Positions 58,541-64,000 of a stretch of 64,000 bases of DNA are shown one piece after another. The first letter of the stretch is position 1. Every line of letters begins with the position of its first letter. The stretch comes from Cyanidioschyzon merolae (lineage: Eukaryota), in the NCBI GenBank assembly GCA_000091205.1, contig AP006490.2; one strand, 5' to 3'. Below the pieces are notes generated by a model, which worked only from the letters and a program-made list of their open reading frames with translations, was not told where the DNA came from and ran no database searches. Position numbers and translations under genes: made by a program.

Positions 58541-59616
58541 ATGCAAGCTCTTTTCGTTTCTGTTCCGCTGTACCAGGAAAGACATATTGTTTGCGCGCGC
58601 GCTGCAACCCGAGCACCGTTCCTGCTGCGTACGCATCGTGACGGTTACTTCGCAGCTGTACATCGTCACCATTGCCAGCATCCGCTGCCCTTCGTGGTGC
58701 AGCGTTCGCCTGCGGTGCGCAGGCATCGTATGCCGCATCTTCGTATGGGTCCGAAGCAGTCGCAGATCGCCGTCATCACTGGCGCGTCCTCTGGGGTCGG
58801 TCTGTATGCAGCTCCCGCTCTGATCAACAAGGGCAACTGGCACATCGTCATGGCATTTCGTGACATCGACCTCGTGGAGCGCGCAGCAAACAGCGTAAAC
58901 CTTCTAAAGGACGCCTATACCGTGCTGCATTGTGTTATGGCTGATTTCGCCTCTGTGTTGAAGTTTGTGAGAGAGCTGTCAAGTGTGGCGCGCGTCGATC
59001 ACCTGGATACCCTGATCTGCAATGCCGCAATCTGGCATCCGCCGGACAAGAAACGGCGTTTCACGGTGGACGGCATCGAGGAAACCATGCAGGTATGCCA
59101 TCTGAGCCATTTGCTTCTATGTCGGGAGCTGTTGCCGAAGCTGAAAATATCGCGCAGGCGCATTGTGTTTCTGACGACTCAGACACACTCGCCGAATTCG
59201 CTACCGGGAAAGATCCCCCGCAGGCTCGTCTCGGGGATTCGTCTAGTCTAGCCGCGGGGCTTGGTCCGCAGACGACAGGCATGGTAGAAAGTGGTCCGTT
59301 TGAGCCCACAAAAGCCTACAAAGACGCCAAAGCCGCGAACGTGTTATCAATGAAGGCGCTCGGTCATTGATACGGCCGCGACGGTGTGACCTCTGTGACG
59401 ATTTTCCCGGGATGTGTCGCCAACAGCAACCTCTTCCGCGAAAAGCGTGGCTGGTTCCGCTACATATTCTTCCCGATTCATCAGAAGTACATCACTCGGC
59501 AATACGTTCCCAATGATGAGGCCGGACGCCGTGAAGCCGAAGTGGCGACCCAGGGACAGTTCTCGGACTCGGGCTCGTATTATCAGTGGCGTGGCAAATA
59601 TACGTATGGGGGATAG
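58541..59616 (+). pseudogene. Light-dependent protochlorophyllide oxidoreductase (LPOR)-like SDR with a presequence; disrupted by a 1-bp frameshift and an in-frame TGA
   Basis: VITGASSGVGLYAAPALINKGNWHIVMAFRD aligns with Arabidopsis PORA [45 protein letters not shown] aligns with KAYKDSKVCNMLTM. PGCVANSNLFREKRGWFRYIFFPIHQKYITRQYVPNDEAGRR aligns with [41 protein letters not shown]. The frame shifts from 2 to 1 at the A3/C5 run gggaaagatccccc near 59205-59220. The stop at 59368-59370 (cat TGA tac) aligns with a conserved Arg, so it is a CGA>TGA change. Confidence 0.6.
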
Positions 59617-60279
59617 AAGTCCGAACCGCACGTTATTGAACCAACGTACGAAATCGACAAGGCAGATCAGCTTTACGAACTGAGTCTTGATCTGATCGAC
59701 CAGGCGTTACGGAGGCGAGGCCTCAAGTCGACTATCTTGGCCCCTGTCTAAGGTTTGTTAGTGGTGAATATGGGATGCGCCTTCGAAGCGCAGACCGCTG
59801 CGTCGAGGACGCATGTGGGAGCAACAGCGTAACGATGAAACGGCACCCCACTGTCACGATCGGATAGTGATCGGGTGAAAGGGCACTCCTCCTGATGTGG
59901 TGAGCCAAAATTGCTTCGCAAGTCATAAAGCGTACTGCAGTAGTGATTAATATAGCTATAGCTATGAGCTATTTCGCATCGAATGCGCCAGAGACTGCCA
60001 ACTGTGGTCGTTCAAGAGGGCAGAGCGTGTTTATTTGGGTAATCTGTAACTCTTTTTGCCATAAAGGATACGGCAATAGAAGCGCACTTGCAGACGTTTG
60101 AAAAATCTGTGGGTATTCGATATCAAAGTGGGTCAACGGGCGTGGATTAATGAAAGCTCGGCAGTGAATGCTCCAGCAAGATATGGTGCATTGAACGAAT
60201 CCGACCCAAGGATTGTACCAGGCGCTAGCTATGGGTCAGCATTCTGGAACAACATTGAGACTAATCCGATCATATTTGG

Positions 60280-61410
60280 TTGATTTGGATGTTCAAACAC
60301 GCTTGCAGTGACTTTCTCAATGATGTGTTTGCATTGAGGAAAGCATTCCCTACTCCAACACCAAAAACTTCGCGGACGCCTACCACCATCTGCTCCAATG
60401 AGCTCTGCGGATCTCCAGGACAGTGCATCAACCAGGACGCTTACGAGCAAGTCGGGTGCTGCTTCAACTCCCAGACGAACGCGTGCACCCTGAAGAGCGT
60501 CTCAGCGGCCTGCAGCGCTGTTCCAGTGACGCAGCGCGTCCCCTGCGGCTGGAGCTACATCTACCCTGACGATTGCACTGCGATACCGGGATGCTGCTGG
60601 CAGCCAACAGCGAACGGCATCCTCGCGCCCTGGTGCTACTACGACATCAACCATGCACCCCAGGCTTCTGTAGCGTTGCAGGAGGTGCAGGCACCGGTTC
60701 CCCTCTGCCCGTCACCGGGAGCGCAGCGCCAGCCGTGCGGCAACGCGGGTATCAACCAGTTTACCTGCTATGCCCAGGGCTGCTGCTACGACTCGCAGGC
60801 GCAGAACCAGTGGGTGCAGAACGGCAAGCAGCAGTGCGACTTTGCGTCGAACCCGTACTGCTTCCAGCCCGAGAAGACGTGCGCGGTGGGTGAGTTTGAG
60901 CGCCAGCCGTGCACGAACGCGGTGAATCACAACCAGCAGCTGACCAATAACATCAACAACAACCAGTTTGTGCGTCTGCTGAACACGCTTCTGTACGGGG
61001 AGCAGCACGGGACGCAGCGCACGAGCTACGCGCCGCAGCAGTGCCTGGAGGCGGGTTGCTGCCTGGGGCTTTGCAACGAGTGCTGCCAGCCGGTTACTGA
61101 GAACGTGTGCCAGACCTACGGGTACGTCTCGAACTCGCTGAGCGGCACGACCGGCAACGTATCGAACTCGAGCTATATTCCGTGTGGCCCGGAGTGCTGC
61201 AACGCCGAGATAGAGAACTGTACGTACAACCCGTTCAGCAACAGCAATAACCTGCGACAACAGCAGCAGCAGCAACAGGTGCTGTTGCCGTCATTCTGTG
61301 TATGCAAGGACCCTACAAAGCAGTGCGGGACGTACCTGATCGCTTCGGATAACCTTGTGAACAAGGTGCGTTGTTGCCGCTCTGGCGAGGAGTGCATCAA
61401 CAACGAGTGA
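60280..61410 (+). CDS. Cys-rich protein with tandem trefoil (P-type) domains and a Q/N-rich, Cys-rich C-terminal half
   Basis: CSAVPVTQRVPCGWSYIYPDDCTAIPGCCWQPTANGILAPWCYYD fits the trefoil consensus C-x(n)-R-x2-CG-x(n)-C-x(n)-GCC[FW]-x(n)-PWC[FY]. A second domain (CPSPGAQRQPCGNAGINQFTCYAQGCCYD...) and a partial first domain are also present. The track start is TTG, and the first ATG, at 60289, gives MFKHACSDF..., which has no signal peptide. A missing upstream exon is possible. Confidence 0.6.
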   Translation: MIWMFKHACSDFLNDVFALRKAFPTPTPKTSRTPTTICSNELCGSPGQCINQDAYEQVGCCFNSQTNACTLKSVSAACSAVPVTQRVPCGWSYIYPDDCTAIPGCCWQPTANGILAPWCYYDINHAPQASVALQEVQAPVPLCPSPGAQRQPCGNAGINQFTCYAQGCCYDSQAQNQWVQNGKQQCDFASNPYCFQPEKTCAVGEFERQPCTNAVNHNQQLTNNINNNQFVRLLNTLLYGEQHGTQRTSYAPQQCLEAGCCLGLCNECCQPVTENVCQTYGYVSNSLSGTTGNVSNSSYIPCGPECCNAEIENCTYNPFSNSNNLRQQQQQQQVLLPSFCVCKDPTKQCGTYLIASDNLVNKVRCCRSGEECINNE

Positions 61411-62208
61411 TTGTAGATTAGTCCCACACCGACTCCGAGTGCCATTATTGCGACTGCAACTGCGTCTCCAAGTGCGTCATATTGGTGTCGACCACAACGC
61501 ATGCCTCAGCAAGTGGTTCAGTATGAACCACTGCGTTGACGCCAGCTATCTGTACAGCCCCGCGCGCGACCATAGAACTAAGAATATGTTTCAGTTATTG
61601 ATATATTCATTCCATGAGGATCTTAGTTGTGCAATATAGTTCGCACATGCATGCACGCAACCTTCCAGTCCGGGTTGGCGGCCCATCATCCAATGTTGAG
61701 GGTGTCTGGACACCAAACTTCCCCCTAGACGGGATGCCAACAAATATGCAGATGGCGTGCAGAAAGAGGGAGTTTTTCGTATTGCGTCATAGCGGGCCGG
61801 GTCCGAATGTGCGACGGGCATGCTATTAGACCTTTTGGGTGTTTGGACTCTGCATGTGTATCTGAAACACGACTGCGGCGTAGAATGTTAACTTGCATTG
61901 CCATTACGAGAACGCCTTCATGAAACTAGATAGCAGACGCTGCAAAATATCTTTGTCCGTTTATTATAGAAATGTCCTGTTGTGGGAGCGCCGTGCGCAG
62001 ATCTGCGTCATTCAGAAGGCGGTGCTTGACGCGCTTCCGTGCTGCTTACCTCAGAATACTTCGTTGAGCCTGGTGGTGGTAAGGACGGAGACAGCAGTGA
62101 CAACAGTACCAGCAGCTGGAGTCTCTCCTATCCCTGGAGATTCTAAGCAACTTGTTTCTCTCAGTGGCGCTTTCTTTTCACTGGTGCAGAACCTCTTTCG
62201 TATCCCAT

Positions 62209-64000
62209 ATGCGAAGAAGATATTTTTCTATATTGAGACTCCTGGTGGTAGTATTGGTTGTGTCGGGCACACACACAGTTCGTGGAGTTTTGTCCTCCGA
62301 AGATACTTTTTTATGGACCTGGATCGGTGGTAGTAACTCTACCAGCAGTTCAGGTAGCTACGGTGTTCAGGGTGTGCCAAACACCAGCAACGTGCCTCCG
62401 GCGCGGTACGGTGCGGCCTTCTGGACCGGCGCTGACGGGGTGCTCTGGTTGTTTGGTGGTGGCAGCGACTTGAGAGACGTCTTCGGTGATCTCTGGAACT
62501 ACAATCTAAGCACGTTCTCTTGGACCTGGGTTGGAGGCTCTGCATCCCTCAACTCTGGAGGGGTATACGGCTCCCGCGGAGTTCCCAACAAGAGCAACTA
62601 TCCGCCTTCGAGGACGGAATCCGCTGCTTGGAGTGACAGCAACGGAAACCTTTGGTTATATGGAGGCCATAATTTGAACTCGGGCTATAGTGATATGTGG
62701 ATGTATAATGTATCGTCGGGCGAGTGGACATGGGAGCAGGGATCCAACAAGACCAATGTTCCCCCGACATATGGTACTCTTGGGAACTCGTCTTCAAGCA
62801 ACACGCCTGGCGCTCGTTTCCAACCCGCGACCTGGGTTGGCCTAGATGGCCAGTTTTATCTCTTTGCCGGATCTAGTCCTAATGGTACGTATTACGGTGA
62901 CTTGTGGCAGTACAACACAGTGACCAACGAATGGAGCTGGATAGGTGGCACTCAACAGCAGATTCCCTCTGGAAGCTATGGTGCGTTTCGCCAGGCATCG
63001 CCGAGCAATTATCCCGCTGGACGTCTCGGAGCCACATCGTGGCGAGACCTTGATGGGAACTTTTGGCTCTTTAGCGGTTACGGACAGATTGACGGAAATG
63101 GCGGCTCTCTGAATGATTTATGGCTGTACAATGTCAGCTCCAAAGAATGGACTTGGATGTCTGGAAATGACAGTGTTGGTTCGGATGGGGCAGTATACGG
63201 CGAGAAAGGAGTGCCGTCATCGAGCAACACTCCGGGGTACAGGTCCTCTTCCTCTGGATTTGTAGACTCGTCAAACACTCTGTATCTCTTCGGTGGTTAT
63301 TCACCCGGTTTCTGCAACGACCTGTGGACGTTCAATACTACGAGTCTTGAATGGACTTGGGTAGACGGTGACAATACAACGGATGGAGCCTATAGCTACG
63401 GCGAGCTTAACAAGACAAGCAATACAACGCTTCCACCTCCGCGAGCTTATGCAGTTCTTTGGAATACCGATCAAAACGACCCGGTCCTGTTCGGAGGCGT
63501 AGGCAACTCAGGTTCCCTTAACGACCTCTTCACATTATACATCGCAACACCGACGCCTACACCGACACCAACACCGACACCAACACCGACACCAACACCA
63601 ACACCAACACCGACGGCATCACCGACGCCCTCCGTTACTGCACCCCCGTCGGCAACGACAAATGTGACGCAGACCGCTGTAGGCGAAGGCTCTGCGGTCT
63701 GCTTCCCCGCGGATGCCCCGGTGCTGATCGATGGTCTGGGCAACCATCTGCAGATAAGCGAGCTTCGATCAGGTATGGCCGTAATGGGCGTCAATGGGCG
63801 CGGGCAACTGGTCGAAGATAGTGTACTAGGATGGTTGCATAACGAGGCCGGCGCTACTGCGGAGATTCTGGCGATCAAGACGCTTTCCGGAAAGCAGCTG
63901 CGTCTGACGAGACAGCATCTGGTATATCGAATGATCGAACACTCTAGAGACTTTTACGGTATGACGACCGCTTTCTCGTGTATTTCACAGAAGCAGCAGC
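62209..64000 (+). CDS. Secreted Kelch-repeat beta-propeller, (Thr-Pro)n linker and Hedgehog/intein-type Hint domain protein (Hog-like autoprocessing architecture); the 3' end lies beyond the window
   Basis: The frame opens after a TGA at about 62098-62100, and the first ATG gives the signal-peptide-like MRRRYFSILRLLVVVLVVSGTHTVRG. At least six Kelch-like repeats follow, of the form W[TS]W[IVM]GG...G.YG..G.P....P.R....W.D..G..WLFGG. A TPTPTPTPTPTPTPTPTPTPTASPTP linker comes next. The Hint module CFPADAPVLIDGLGNHLQISELRSGMAVMGVNGRGQLVEDSVLGWLHNEAGATAEILAIKTLSGKQLRLTRQHLVY aligns with Hedgehog [48 protein letters not shown]...LLLTAAHLLF. The ORF has no stop before nt 64000. Confidence 0.75.
   Translation, partial: MRRRYFSILRLLVVVLVVSGTHTVRGVLSSEDTFLWTWIGGSNSTSSSGSYGVQGVPNTSNVPPARYGAAFWTGADGVLWLFGGGSDLRDVFGDLWNYNLSTFSWTWVGGSASLNSGGVYGSRGVPNKSNYPPSRTESAAWSDSNGNLWLYGGHNLNSGYSDMWMYNVSSGEWTWEQGSNKTNVPPTYGTLGNSSSSNTPGARFQPATWVGLDGQFYLFAGSSPNGTYYGDLWQYNTVTNEWSWIGGTQQQIPSGSYGAFRQASPSNYPAGRLGATSWRDLDGNFWLFSGYGQIDGNGGSLNDLWLYNVSSKEWTWMSGNDSVGSDGAVYGEKGVPSSSNTPGYRSSSSGFVDSSNTLYLFGGYSPGFCNDLWTFNTTSLEWTWVDGDNTTDGAYSYGELNKTSNTTLPPPRAYAVLWNTDQNDPVLFGGVGNSGSLNDLFTLYIATPTPTPTPTPTPTPTPTPTPTPTASPTPSVTAPPSATTNVTQTAVGEGSAVCFPADAPVLIDGLGNHLQISELRSGMAVMGVNGRGQLVEDSVLGWLHNEAGATAEILAIKTLSGKQLRLTRQHLVYRMIEHSRDFYGMTTAFSCISQKQQ
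63547..63625 (+). repeat. (ACACCG/ACACCA)n hexanucleotide repeat encoding the (TP)n linker
   Basis: The sequence reads acaccgacaccaacaccgacaccaacaccgacaccaacaccaacaccaacaccgacg. Confidence 0.85.

Noticed and set aside
59368-59370. In-frame TGA in the LPOR-like gene as evidence of codon reassignment or selenocysteine
   Set aside because: TGA is used as the terminator of TAF1 (10345-10347) and other well-conserved genes here, and no SECIS-like context is evident. A nonsense mutation or sequencing error is more parsimonious.

Overview
The window is gene-rich nuclear DNA from a GC-rich (~55-58%), intron-poor unicellular eukaryote; I did not assign a species. Long single-exon ORFs alternate between strands and are separated by 0.3-6 kb spacers with lower GC. 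TGA, TAG and TAA all terminate confidently called genes, so the code is standard. The ORF track accepts TTG/GTG/CTG as starts, so I re-anchored several genes at their first in-frame ATG; my base counting occasionally differs from the track by ±1. Confident housekeeping genes, left to right: an LST8 N-terminal fragment (-), a SpoU/TrmH RNA methyltransferase (-), TAF1 (+), an ER-type cyclophilin (-), MCM3 (-), a DDT/WSD chromatin protein (-), a 687-aa hypothetical (+), plastid-type threonine dehydratase (+), NPL4 (+), a class-I photolyase/plant-type cryptochrome (-), MRPL46 (-), TMEM120 (+) and NAT10 (-). The most notable accessory content is: (1) a roughly 2.6-kb fragmented TnpB/Fanzor-like OMEGA-type nuclease relic immediately upstream of NAT10; (2) a light-dependent protochlorophyllide oxidoreductase (LPOR) homologue with a 1-bp frameshift and an in-frame CGA>TGA nonsense codon; (3) a secreted Kelch beta-propeller, (Thr-Pro)n linker and Hedgehog-type Hint module protein running off the window end; (4) a Cys-rich protein with two or three trefoil (P-type) domains; and (5) two 669-bp direct repeats at about 98% identity flanking a 5.4-kb block of host genes. 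There are also pure microsatellites ((CTGT)33, (CAG)n, (ATC)11, (CAGCAT)n), a 66-bp minisatellite, an old inverted dispersed repeat, and AT-richer spacers holding decayed ORF fragments. All domain assignments rest on motif recognition by eye; no database search was run.
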